From positions 5,084,001-5,148,000 of the forward strand of contig OX597837.1 of NCBI GenBank assembly GCA_951406725.2: a stretch of 64,000 nucleotides of DNA, read 5' to 3'. A model generated the notes under the pieces. That model was not told the DNA's origin, made no database searches, and saw only the letters and a list, made by a program, of their open reading frames with translations. The stretch is from Octopus vulgaris. Lineage: Eukaryota. Below, in pieces: positions 1-11,010 of the stretch (position 1 is the first letter of the stretch; every line of letters starts with the position of its first letter). The position numbers and the translations under genes were made by a program.

Positions 1-40
1 AGAGGAAAAAAAAAAAAATCACCAGTGGTGCTCACGAGGT

Positions 41-93
<53 letters not shown>

Positions 94-95
<2 letters not shown>

Positions 96-489
96 TTTAC
101 TCTTTTACTTGTTTCAGTCATTTGACTGTGGCCACGCTGGAGCACTGCCTTTAGTTGAGCAAATTGATCGCAGGATTATTCTTTGAAAGTCTAGTACTTA
201 TTCAATCGGTCTCTTTTGCCAAACTGCTAAGTTACAGGGATGTAAACACACCAACATCGGTTGTCAAGTAATGTTGTGGGGACAAACACAGACACACAAA
301 CTTATACACACACACACACACACACATACACATATATGCGACAGGCTTCTTTCAGTTTTTTCCGTCTCACAAGGCTTTGGTCAGCCTGAGGCTATAGTAG
401 AAGACACTTTCCCAAGGTGCCATGAGTGGAACTGAACCCAGAACCATGTGGTTGGTAAGCAAGCTACTTACCACACAGCCACTCCTGTG

Positions 490-491
<2 letters not shown>
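94..491 (-). mobile_element. tRNA-derived CORE-type SINE, the dominant family in the window (octopus OR-like)
   Basis: Minus strand reads a GGCACAGGAGTGGCTGTGTGGTAAG...GGTTCAGTTCC head (A/B-box-like), a CORE-like CACCTTGGGAAAGTG (CACCTTGGGCAAGTG in most copies), an internal (TG)/(TA) microsatellite and a 3' tail ending GACTGAAACAAGTAAAAGAGTAAAAGA. More than 20 full or partial copies occur in the window. Confidence 0.8.
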
Positions 492-546
<55 letters not shown>

Positions 547-680
547 GCGTACGTACCCTCTCTGTTTTATGTAAGTATATATATATAGTTGGAATTTACA
601 AAAAAAAAAACAAAAGATGAAGACAGGTATGTTAACAACAAACAGAGGTATTAGTTTAACGCTCGGGAAGTGAGAAAGTT

Positions 681-714
681 TTTTACGTTTCGAGCCTATG
701 CTCTTCAACAGAAA
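681..714 (-). ncRNA. Minimal type I hammerhead motif (variant core CUGUUGA) in a PLE-like fragment (~585-790)
   Basis: Minus strand: UUU-CUGUUGA-A-GAGC(AUAG)GCUC-GAAA-CG-UA-AAA. Same family as 50048, 58301 and 62877. Confidence 0.5.
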
Positions 715-789
715 GGAACATAGAAATAAACAGAGAGAGAAAATAAAAAGAAGGTTTAGTGGCTAGCGATCAATCATGGCGAATGCCGG

Positions 790-824
<35 letters not shown>

Positions 825-1070
825 CAAAGGGCTTCTTTCAGTTTCTGTTGACCAAATCCACTAACAAGGTTTTGCTCGGCCTGAGACTACGGTAGAAGGC
901 ACTCGCCCAAAGGTGCCACGCAATGAGACTGAACCCAGTGCCATGCAGGCATACAAGCACCTATTGCAGAAGCAAAACCAATTTACTGTACATAAATTTT
1001 AACAATCAAATTCTATACGGGTCACCCAGGGCTATAGGGACCCTGGTCGAGAATCACTGAACAAGAACAT

Positions 1071-1104
<34 letters not shown>

Positions 1105-1304
1105 CAGCAGCAGTGTTTGTGGGGTGGGTTGGGGGATATAAAGGCTCTCTGCTACTCCCAATTATTCTCTCCTGAACTAACCATGGTTATAAACTGAAAC
1201 ACCAGAACACTTATCCCTGTTTTAATCTGTTCCAGATATGACAATAAATCTGTTGGAGGGGCAAAACTGAAAGGGTTTTATAGTTTGTATTAGAATCATC
1301 CCTG

Positions 1305-1687
1305 CTCTTTGCTCTCTCTCTCTTTCTTAATTTCTTTCTGTTTGTCTATGAGTTTATCTATCTGTCTGTTTCTCTCTTCACTTTCTCAGTCTCTTTCTTT
1401 CTTTCTTTCTATGTCCCTCTCTCTCTTTTTATCTGTCTCTCTCACTTTTCTTCTCTTTGTCTCTCTCTCTTTTCTTCTCTTTGTCTCTCTCTTTTTTATC
1501 TCTGTCTCTCTCTCTCTCTTTTCTTCTCTTTGTCTCTCTCTTTCTGTGCATATGTGTGTGTGTCTCTCTCTCTCACTCTTTCACTTACTCTCTGTATCTC
1601 TCTGTCTATTTCTGCCCATGCTGCTCCCCTATATTTGCTTCTATGTCTGCCTGCCTGCCTGCCTGCCTGTCTGTCTGTCTGTTTGTA

Positions 1688-1718
<31 letters not shown>

Positions 1719-1745
1719 ATCTCTCTCAGTTTCTTCCTTTTTTTA
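1305..1745. repeat. Polypyrimidine (CT/CTGT/CCTG) low-complexity tract
   Basis: Degenerate (CT)n, (CTGT)n and (CCTG)n. Similar tracts at 38490-39030 and 53710-54120. Confidence 0.9.
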
Positions 1746-1944
1746 TCAATTTCCAACCCCACTGTTACCATAATTCTGTTCAAATTCATTTTTATTTTTC
1801 TGGTGGTGGTTATAGAAGATAACATAAAAATTTGATAAAACAATTATGTTGTTATGAAGCCAGGGTTTGAAACAACACGAAATTTCGATGGAAGGTTTCA
1901 ATTTAAATCCCTTTAAAACAGGAAGCTTCTAACATAGAACCAGG

Positions 1945-2370
1945 GGATCTTTTTTGCTTTGACTGGTAGTTTTTTAAAATAATTTCTTTGTAACTAAACA
2001 CTTTTAAACTTTGTATACTGGTAGAATGTGTTTATAAAACATCTTTTTCTCTTGGCTTTGTTGAGAAAGCCAAAATGCAAGAAATTAAACAACAAATATC
2101 TTACAAACTACAGAATTTTCTCAAGAAAGCCAAGAGAAAAAGATGTTTTATAAACACATTCTACCAGTATACAAAGTTTAAAAGTGTTTAGTTACCTAGA
2201 AATTATTTTTTAAATCTGATGGTCAAAGCGAAAAGATCCACAGAATTTTCTCAAGAAAGCCAAGAGAAAAAGATGTTTTATAAACACATTCTACCAGTAT
2301 ACGAAGTTTGAAAATTTTTTAGTTACAAAGAAATTATTTTAAAAATCTCATGGTCAAAGCGAAAAGATCC
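1945..2370. mobile_element. Foldback DNA element/MITE with ~120 bp TIRs and a tandemly duplicated right arm
   Basis: GGATCTTTTTTGCTTTGAC...GAGAAA (1945-2068) is the reverse complement of the ~130 bp unit at 2110-2239, which repeats at 2240-2370 (...GTCAAAGCGAAAAGATCC). Flanks AACCAGG / AAACAGG are a possible TSD. Confidence 0.8.
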
Positions 2371-2409
2371 AAACAGGGCCAGTTTCAGGCAGTTTGGTAT
2401 CAAAAACGC

Positions 2410-2648
2410 TAAATTTCTTTGTAGCTATATCTTTTTGGAAATACACTGCCATTATTCCAATAAATTTTGAAAATTATGAAGAATTTAGCAAAATAGCTTC
2501 ATTATAATTAAGCTGGTGTTTGGATCATTAATTAACCATGAATTTTGATGGAAAGTTTTAATTTTAGATTACTTTGAAACAGGATGTTTGCATCATTGCA
2601 TCACAAGAGCAATGGTGTTCTAATAAGGGTGGGTATAAAAAGGGTTAA
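2410..2648 (+). mobile_element. Degenerate piggyBac-like MITE (family of 41888-42109)
   Basis: Ends in GGTATAAAAAGGG|TTAA. Internal similarity to the 41888 copy. Confidence 0.5.
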
Positions 2649-3947
2649 ATGTTTTCCTGTTTCTCACCCCTCCTTTTCTCTGTCTTTCTCTCCCCACCTC
2701 TATCTCTTTCTACCACACACACACGTACACATACACAAAGAGGGACACACCCTGATGAAGTCTTAATACAAGTGACTGGTTTATTTGTCAAGGGGAACAG
2801 CTTAGCAGCAGGATTTACCCTCAAATCAATCCCCTACCATCCCAGAATTTGGGAAGAACACAAGAACAGTTTCCGGATAATAGACAACACTCCTTCCAAA
2901 AAAAAAAAAGGCTTGCCAGGTCTGGTGACAACTTGGAATGTCTTTCAGTATATAAATCAACTTAATCAGAGTCCTGACCTAGGGCTAAACAACAACAGAC
3001 CTTCTCACACATTCTGCTTGTATTTTTCTCTCCCTGATTCTATAGGAATACCACACACACACACACACATGCACATGCGCACACACACACATGCGCGTAC
3101 ACACACACATGCACACACACACACACACTCTCTCTCTCTCTCTCTTTCTTCCCACTCATCCTTAACTTCTTCATCCTGTTCCACACCTCCCACCCCTGCT
3201 ACCGTTATGTAAACACGGCAGAGAAAAAAAAATCTGGATTTCTTCACACACCTAAAAGTCTTTTGCTCGAAAATTCTTCAGAATAAAAAAAAAAAATAAA
3301 TAAATAAATAAATAAATAAATTCAGATGCAAAATTTTTTCCAGATATAAAATTCTTTGAATATATGAATTCTTCGAGATATAAAATTCTTTGAGATATAA
3401 ATTTCAAGATTGAAATTCTTCAGATAAAAATAGGAATCTGAAGTGATTGTCAAAGATATTAGATTACCAAATTATCGTTTGTAATAATAATGAATTCCTC
3501 ATGCAGGCATGGCTGTGAAGTTAAGAATCTCACTTTGCAAACACTAGGTTTCGGGTTCAGTCCCAATGTGCAGTACCTTGGGAAAATGTAGTCTGCTATA
3601 GGTCTGTGAGAAGTTTTTATAGATGGAAACTGTAAGAATCCCAATATATTTATTCTTTCTTTTATTATTTTAATTGTTTCGATTATTTGACTGAGGCCAT
3701 GCTGGAGCACCGCCTTTTTAGTCAAACAAAGTGACCCCAGGATTTATTCTCTGTACGACTAGTACTTATATCGGTGTCTTTTGCCAAATTGCTAAGTTAC
3801 AGAGATGTAAACACACCAACGCCAGTTGTCAAGTGTATGTGTGATAAAGAACATTAAAATCTGTTTGAGATTGTTGATTCAAAAACTATTTACGTTATTT
3901 ACATTATTTACATTTGACGGATATTTGTCCTCATCTTGTTTGTTGTT

Positions 3948-3993
3948 AACACAACGTTTCGGCTGATATACCCTCCAGCCTTCATCAGGTGTC
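3948..3993 (-). ncRNA. Type I hammerhead ribozyme, intact core
   Basis: Minus strand: GACAC-CUGAUGA-A-GGCUG(GAGGGUAUAU)CAGCC-GAAA-CG-UU^GUGUU. Helix I is GACAC/GUGUU, helix II is 5 bp, and AACGUU is palindromic at helix III. Confidence 0.85.
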
Positions 3994-4014
3994 TTGAGGA
4001 AATTTCGAACCTGG

Positions 4015-4085
4015 GCATATGACATAGTGGTTAAGTGCGCGGGCTACTAACCCCAAGATTCCAAGTTTGATTCCAGGCAGTGACC
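4015..4085 (+). ncRNA. tRNA-derived (SINE-head-like) pseudo-tRNA
   Basis: TGACATAGTGGTTAAG (A box), GGG-CTACTAA-CCC anticodon-like arm, GTTTGATTCC (B box, probably decayed GTTCGATTCC). The acceptor stem does not pair, so it is not a functional tRNA. Confidence 0.7.
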
Positions 4086-4153
4086 TGAAGAATAAGAATA
4101 ATAACATTGAAAAATACCTTAGGAATGAGAACCCAAGTTTGAAATTTCCTCAA

Positions 4154-4199
4154 GACACCTGATGAAGCCTGGAGAGTATATCAGCCAAAATGTTGTGTT
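4154..4199 (+). ncRNA. Type I hammerhead motif, mutated copy
   Basis: GACAC-CUGAUGA-A-GCCUG..CAGCC-AAAAUGUU-GUGUU. CGAAACG has become CAAAAUG, two CpG-type transitions. Confidence 0.7.
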
Positions 4200-4576
4200 A
4201 ACAACAAACAAAGTGAGGACAAATATTCGCCAAATATAAATAATGTAAATTGCTCATCTCTTAAATATAGAACTGAAAAAATATTTATTTATTTATCATA
4301 AACAAAAAAAAAATGCTATCATTACTACAAACAGTAAATGCAGAAATAGTACAAAGTTTATTGTTCTTGCAATAGGTATGACTTGTTAGCAGCATTTGTT
4401 TTATGATATTATATGGTACAGTATAAATCTGAACTGCACATGTAAATTAACTAGGAACAATTAAAATAATGAACAGTCGCAGATGGCTGATATTTTTGTA
4501 CCTGCAATCTTTCTCTTTACAGTGAGGTTATATACAAACAATAACAATGAATTTAAATAAGATTAATTAACTTAGT

Positions 4577-4900
4577 AATCCATTGAAGGCTTACATTCAT
4601 AGGTTTATTCAGTAATACATTATAATATCAAGCTTATGTTATCATGACCTGAAACCTATTTAAATCAAGGTTTTATCCACATAAACATTCCTTTAGCAAC
4701 CACGACAAAAACAAACTTCTTTAGCTCCATACACTTAGTTGTCAAAGGATAATTTAACACCATAATCACCTTAAATGGAGGAGACCTACAGTTTAAAATG
4801 TATGAAGGAAACATTAATCCTGGTAATTTTTGAACTATGGAAGGCCTCCATATCATTCTTTAAATCTAAAATCCTGTTTGTTCAACTGTCATCCAGAAAA
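4577..4900 (+). pseudogene. Decayed Penelope-like element GIY-YIG endonuclease domain
   Basis: Manual translation across stops and frameshifts: QAYVIMT*NLFKSRFYPHKHSFSNHDK / TSLAPYT*LSKDN / LKWR / YEGNINPGNF*TMEGLHII / LFNCHPE. The motifs are colinear with the PLE pattern YIGxTxxxFKxRxxxH..F...SLSxYIWxLK...W...CxLCxxE..I...LLNxRxE. Confidence 0.7.
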
Positions 4901-5341
4901 AAAAGATGATCGTAAACCTTATTTATAGAACATTCAAATTGTACAAATACTTTCGGTCACTAATTTCCCACACTGCTAACAACAACCTATATCTCCTTAT
5001 GTGAGCATTCATCTGCTATTGTGATTACACATTGTTGATTTAGTTATTTGATTCATTAGCCATTTCATGTCTTTAATTGATTTCTTAACTAGTTTTACAC
5101 CTTCTCCATTATTAACAATTATTGTAAAGCCATTAACACTTTTTCTACGTAGTTTTTTTTCTTCTTATGGTGAGTTAGTCCATTAGTTTGGTTCTGTTTT
5201 TTTTTTTTGTTTTTTTTTACTTTGATTTGGTAACCATTTTGATAGAATACATTCCTATTTAATCACTGCTGCATTTCTAAGTTCTGAAGAATATGGTGAA
5301 ACAGAGGCATCATCCTATAAATGGTGATTTTATCAAAGATA

Positions 5342-5386
<45 letters not shown>

Positions 5387-5829
5387 TCTTTCTTTTACTT
5401 CTTTCAGTCATTTGACTGCAGCCATACTGGAGCACCGCCTTATATATACACAAATGTTATATATGCATATACACGTTATATACAACCCATAGCCTGTTAC
5501 ATAATTTCTTTCACATTATTTAACTTAACATTTGCTCATGATAGAATAGAAAAGCATTTTGGCCCTCCCCCACCAACACACACGTGTAAAATTTATTTGG
5601 TAAAAACTATTTTCTTCATATTAAATTCCAAAATGTGTTTCTGCTGAATAAGTTTCTTAGGATCCTTTGATATAAGTTTTGAACTTAGGATTTTCCAATC
5701 AAAGCAATCACAGTTTAATTGTTTATTTTAAATGATTCTAAATGTTTCCTGCCGTTTTGATGTGGTTAGCCAAGTCTGAATTCTTTCAGAGTTCTCATAA
5801 GGTACCTGCCAGCATTTAAAATCCCCATT

Positions 5830-6210
5830 TCTTGTTTCAGCCATTTGACAGCAGCCACGCTGGAGCACTGCCTTTAGTTGACCAAATCGACCCCAGGATT
5901 TATTCTTTGTAAGCCTTAGTGCTCATCATATTGATCTCTTTTGCCAAACTGCTAAGTTACGGGGATGTAAACACACCAACATCGGTTGTCAAGTGAACGT
6001 TGGATGACAAACACAGACACAAACATATACACACACACATATTTAGATATACATATGATAGGCTTCTTTCAGTTTCCATCTACTAAATCCACTCATAAGG
6101 CTTTGATTGGCCCAAGGCTATATTAAGAAGACACTTGCCCAAGGTGCCACGCAGTGGGACTGAACCTGGAATCATGTGGCTGGTAAGCAAGCTATTTACC
6201 ACACAGCCAT
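5830..6210 (-). mobile_element. CORE-type tRNA SINE copy
   Basis: Colinear with 94-491. Confidence 0.8.
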
Positions 6211-6224
6211 GGGTATAAAAGGGT

Positions 6225-6562
6225 AATGAGTAAAGACCACTTTGGTCATGAATGACCATGGGATTGCACATAGAAAGTTCCCCTCTGAGACAAAAGTCTG
6301 GGCAAGGTTGTTTATGGAAGACCAGCAGTTGCCCATACATACAAGTTTCCCTTCTCCATGCCACTGATGTTATTTAAGGGAAAAGCAAAGGGGCCGATAC
6401 AGCTTGGCACCAGTGATGTTGCAACTCATTTCTATAACTGAACGAACTGGGGGAATGTGAAATAAAGTGTCTTGCTCAAGAACAACACACAGCCTGGTTC
6501 AGGAATTGAACTTATTACCACATGGTTGTGAGCCCAGCTGTTTAAACACACAGCCATGTGCT
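6225..6562 (-). mobile_element. Second tRNA-derived SINE family (related copies at 8633-8905 + and 47893-48125 +)
   Basis: tRNA-like head followed by TTGAGCAAGACACTTT and AGAAATGAGTTGC, both shared with 8633-8905. Confidence 0.65.
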
Positions 6563-6564
6563 TT

Positions 6565-6597
<33 letters not shown>

Positions 6598-6599
<2 letters not shown>

Positions 6600-6978
6600 C
6601 ACCATTCGAGCGTGATCGTGACCAGCGTTGCCTTAGTGGCACTAGTGTAGGTGGCAGATGAAAAAACATTCGAGCGAGGTCGTTGCCAGTGCCACTGGAC
6701 TGGCTCCTGTGTAGGTGGCACGTAAAAAACACCAATTGAGCATGACTATTGCCAGTACCACCTGACTGGCCCTTGCGCCGGTGGCAAGTAAAAGCACCCA
6801 GTACACTCTCAGAGTGGTTAGCATTAGGAGGGGTATCCAGCTGTAGAAACTTTCTCAGATCAAGATTGGAGCCTAGTGTATACATCTTGTTTGCCAGTCC
6901 TCAGTCAATCGTCCAATGCATGCTAGCATGGAAAGCGGACGTTAAATATGACGACAATGATGATGATGATGATGATGA

Positions 6979-6980
<2 letters not shown>
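6598..6980 (+). mobile_element. RTE-LINE 3' UTR-derived repeat with (GAT)n tail
   Basis: GTGGTTAGCATTAGGAGGGGTATCCAGCTGTAGAAAC...GCTAGCATGGAAAGCGGACGTTAAA(TGA)n, matching the 3' end of the RTE at 46585-46835. Other copies at 9158-9455, 18836-19160, 20597-20905, 26321-26680, 28487-28770, 47020-47185 and 61458-61941. Confidence 0.8.
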
Positions 6981-7021
<41 letters not shown>

Positions 7022-7639
7022 GAAAGTGAGAGAAAAAGAGATAGAGAGAGAGATAGAAAGAGAGAGAGAGGGTCCACCCAAGGATGGTGGTTATGTGAGG
7101 AAGATAGGTAGTCATGTCACAAACACTGGATCAAGTATAATCAGTGTGTGTGTGTGTGCACGTGTGCACGTGCGAATGAGGGAGAGAGAGATAAGTGTCA
7201 CAGGCAGAGAGAGTCACAGAAGGAGGGAGCGGAGACCTAGGTGGCGGGGGGGGGGGTGGAACCTGTGTAAGAAATGGGTTATCATGGTGACCTTAATGTG
7301 TGGTACACAAGACTGATTCATTTCCCATTGAACTCAGCTATGTAAGACTGATTCTCTTATTCCTCTATGGCGGGTGGGCAGGTGGGTGGGTTGGTGTTGA
7401 GGTAAGGGGGGTTGTGAGGGGATGTCCCCTCTTTTTTTCCCCCTAATTAGCCTGCAGAAACCTATACAGAATAATAGAGATCTCTGTCTATATAGGCATG
7501 GATGTATGTTTGTATGGGTCCTTGTGTTTGTGTGTGTGTTTGTGTGTGTGTGTGTGTATAGAGACATGGTTAAAATCCAGACCCTTCTTTTTACATGTGT
7601 ATACACACACACACATACACACACAGACACACACACACA

Positions 7640-7682
<43 letters not shown>

Positions 7683-7683
<1 letters not shown>

Positions 7684-7856
7684 GTCTCTAAAAGGCCTAA
7701 CCTTCAGAGTTCTTTTACAGGGCTTAGAAAAACTGAAGGACCTCTGCAATAAGTGTGTGAATCTGAGAGGGGGAATATCTTGATTAAAATCATAATTAAC
7801 TGATCTTTCTGTATATTCTTTGACCCCAAACCAAGAACTTTTCAGTACCCCTCGTA
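7683..7856 (+). mobile_element. Mariner-derived non-autonomous element, 3' part
   Basis: Encodes GLEKLKDLCNKCVNLRG, resembling the mariner C-terminal KLxxRWxKCVxxxGxY. Ends in TIR AACTTTTCAGTACCCCTCG|TA. Confidence 0.7.
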
Positions 7857-7881
7857 TATGTACATATAATGATGATAATGA

Positions 7882-7915
<34 letters not shown>

Positions 7916-8138
7916 GCACACACACTTTTACTCTTTTACTTGTTTCAGTCATGTGACTGTGGCCATGCTGGAGCACTGGCTTTTTGTCAAGCAAATCGAC
8001 CCCAGGACATATTCTTTGTAAGCCTAGTCTCTTTTGCTGAGCCGTTAAGTTACAGGGGCGTATACACACCAGCATCGGTTGTCAAGCAATGTTGGGGGGT
8101 TGGGGGGACAAACACAGACACACAAACATATATACATA

Positions 8139-8185
<47 letters not shown>

Positions 8186-9009
8186 GTGAATAAATTATCC
8201 TATGTTTATCGTCAGCATGGAAAATTCGTTTAACCAAAACCTGGGTGACAAATTCATGTCAGAAACATAATGCACCCTTTATTCCTTTGGAATGAAAACA
8301 TGTTGTCTTCGAATCATATGTCGAGAGTAAAGGAATTTTGTTAACATCTTCATTCGACTCCATTCTTTCATTTATATATATATATATATATATATGCCTA
8401 AGCACTGCATGACACTAATACTTCTGAATTTCTTCCAACCTGGCAATCGGATAACATAAGTCAGTCAATATTGTTGACTGTGTTTTAAATTTAAAGCTAC
8501 GACTTTAAAATCAGCCCAGAGATATCTCATTGGTATTTCCCCATTGATAATGGCCCAAAGAGCTAGGAACACTGTGTTTGAGAATCTGACAAGGGCAACA
8601 TTGAGCAGATAACGTGCTTTCACACCTTTTTAGAGCGTCGGGCTCACAATCATGAGGTAGAGAGTTCGATTCCTGGACCAGGATGTGTGTTCTTGAGCAA
8701 GACACTTTTTTCGCATTCCTCCAGTTCACTCAGCTGTAGAAATGAGTTGCGATGTGACAGGTGCCAAGCTGTATCAGCCTTTGCCATTTCCTTGGATAAC
8801 ATCGGTGGCATAAAGAGGGGAGGCTGGTATGCATGGATGACTGCTGATCTTCCATAAAAACCTTTCCCAGACTTATACCTTGGAGGGGAACTTTCTAGGT
8901 TCAATCTCCTCTATAATAATAGAGTTTTTTTTTTTCTTCCATGGTAGCAACAGTGAATTTGTCTTAAGAAGCTGAAATATATCACAGACATATTTTAACT
9001 AACTTAATG

Positions 9010-9064
<55 letters not shown>

Positions 9065-9449
9065 ATACATATATTATGTTAGTATTTTGCTTAGACATAA
9101 TGATACTAATAACCTGATGTAAGAACTAAACTCAATATACATACATATATAAATACATCATCATCATCATCATTGTTTAACGTCTGTTTTCCGCGCTAGC
9201 ATGGGTTGGACGGTTCGACCGGGGTCTGGGAAGCCAGGAGGCTGCACCAGGCTCCAGTCTGATCTGGCAATGTTTCTACAGCTGGATGCCCTTCCTAACG
9301 CCAACCACTCCGAGAGTGTAGTAGGTGCTTTTTACGTGCCACCGGTACAGGTGCCAGGGGAGTCTGGCAGCGGCCACGATCGGTTGGTGCTTTTAATGTG
9401 CCACCGGCACGGAAGTGCGGCGCTGGCATCGGCCACACTCGGATGGTGC

Positions 9450-9572
<123 letters not shown>

Positions 9573-9690
9573 TTCAGTGCGAATGGTTTTGTTAAGTGGT
9601 GTCAAGTTTTAAAATTTGGCAAATAATAATAACGGTATTTTTTTATAAGCCTAAAGCTTATAGCAATCACTGTGCAAATGACTAAGGAAA

Positions 9691-9822
9691 ATAGTCTAAT
9701 AATGGAGCATATAGGACCTTGACATAAAAAGTAAGCTTTCCCATGTGTGGGTTCAAGTACCATGCATGCTGGAAAGCCTACTTTTTTCTGACATGGGCTT
9801 ATATGCCCCATTATTAGACTAT
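9691..9822. repeat. ~130 bp imperfect palindrome, probable TA-flanked MITE
   Basis: ATAGTCTAATAATGGAGCATATA...AAAAAGTAAGCTTTCC pairs with GGAAAGCCTACTTTTT...TATATGCCCCATTATTAGACTAT. Confidence 0.7.
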
Positions 9823-9832
9823 ATATATATAT

Positions 9833-10232
9833 AATATCAGGGTAATAAAGATTTTAGAAATTTTTACTACCAGTAGCTTAGCGTATAGAAAAATTAGTCA
9901 ATAGACTATATATTATATAAATACAGTGTACATGTAAACACATAAGAGGTATCTGTCATAGGATTCTTAGCATGCTAGGAGGAACAGCCAAAGTCCAAAC
10001 CACTATTAGGTATAACACAGGCATACCTGTTGAAGAAGACTTCGCCTAGCAAATTATTTTATTTGCTAAAAAAGTCAGAAACTATGGTCCAGGAGATAGA
10101 TGGTAAATGTTTTTTATTTTTCATTCCCTTCGAAGTTTTATCCCTAATAATAGTTTGGCTATTCTTTCTAACATGCCAGGAATCCTATGATAGATACCTC
10201 TTATGTGTTTAAATGTACACTGTATTTATATA
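9833..10232 (+). mobile_element. PLE-like insertion: inverted 3' tail followed by direct HHR-containing unit
   Basis: ~9916-9992 is the reverse complement of ~10153-10232, and 9833-10010 is the reverse complement of the 3' part of the sister copy at 49486-49755. Confidence 0.7.
10026..10093 (+). ncRNA. Type I hammerhead motif (U3 variant, extended helix II)
   Basis: CCUG-UUGAAGA-A-GACUU..UAGCAAAU(loop)AUUUGCUA..AAGUC-A-GAAAC-UAUG-GUC^CAGG. Confidence 0.7.
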
Positions 10233-10254
10233 TGTATACATATATATATGTATG

Positions 10255-10333
<79 letters not shown>

Positions 10334-10336
<3 letters not shown>

Positions 10337-10870
10337 AGAAAGAAGCAACAAGAATGGATAGGTTTTTAGTACAATCGTTTCATACAAGGACAGGCTTTAT
10401 TAAAAGTTGCAAAAATTGCAGCATATATGTAATCCCTCCTCATATCTCTGGAAATTCATATGTACACTATGGATTAAGTCACCTTCCTGTGATGCTATTA
10501 AAACTTTTTTAAAATTCTGTGATAAGACTGTACATCATCTTTAAAGAACTTTAATGAACTTTGGAAATCTGTTTATGTTACTTAATTATCTACATTACTT
10601 CATGAGTATAGCCTCAACCACTAGGATGTCTAGAGAACTCACATGTATTTTAGCTGATGAGTACGGGACACGTTTATATGCTGCAATTTTTGCAACTTTT
10701 AATAAAGCCTGTCCTTGTATGAAACGATTGTACTAAAAACCTATCCATTCTTGTTGCTTCTTTCTCGCTTATAATCACCCCACATTACTGTATTGTTAAA
10801 ACCGTATAGTTTTTTTGGTGCATCTAAGTTAGGTACCATATTCAAGTAAATTCATTTAAATTAACTTGAA
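10334..10870 (+). mobile_element. Young PLE-like insertion with a perfect 94 bp inverted terminal duplication
   Basis: 10334-10427 is an exact reverse complement of 10675-10768 by eye. The right boundary is approximate. Confidence 0.75.
10648..10738 (+). ncRNA. Type I hammerhead ribozyme, intact core, long helix II
   Basis: UUUUAG-CUGAUGA-GUACGGGACA...UGUCCUUGUAU-GAAAC-GAUU-GUA^CUAAAA. Helix I is 6 bp and helix II about 10 bp. Confidence 0.88.
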
Positions 10871-10884
10871 TCTTTATTGCTTTT

Positions 10885-10920
<36 letters not shown>

Positions 10921-10924
<4 letters not shown>

Positions 10925-10994
10925 GGTGCCCCAGCAAATGGTTGGTGCCCCAGCATGGCCACAGCTCATGAGCTGAAACTAGAATCAATCAATC
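10921..10994 (+). mobile_element. Extreme 3' tail fragment of a CR1-like LINE
   Basis: GGTGCCCCAGCATGGCCACAGCTCATGAGCTGAAACTAGA is identical to 50920-50959. Confidence 0.7.
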
Positions 10995-11010
10995 ATATAT
11001 ATATATCTAT

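Larger units (their letters stand above)
3893..4275 (+). mobile_element. Non-autonomous PLE-like element: inverted tail, tRNA-like head, then HHR-bearing tail
   Basis: Arm ~3896-4015 is the reverse complement of ~4131-4250. Flanks AAAAACTATTTA (3881-3892) / AAAAAATATTTA (4276-4287) are a candidate TSD. Confidence 0.7.

Noticed and set aside
2745-2800. CTGATGA-AGTC...GACT stem (other lone CTGATGA at ~15058, 27846, 33222, 52447, 60706)
   Set aside because: No correctly placed GAAA or helices I/III.
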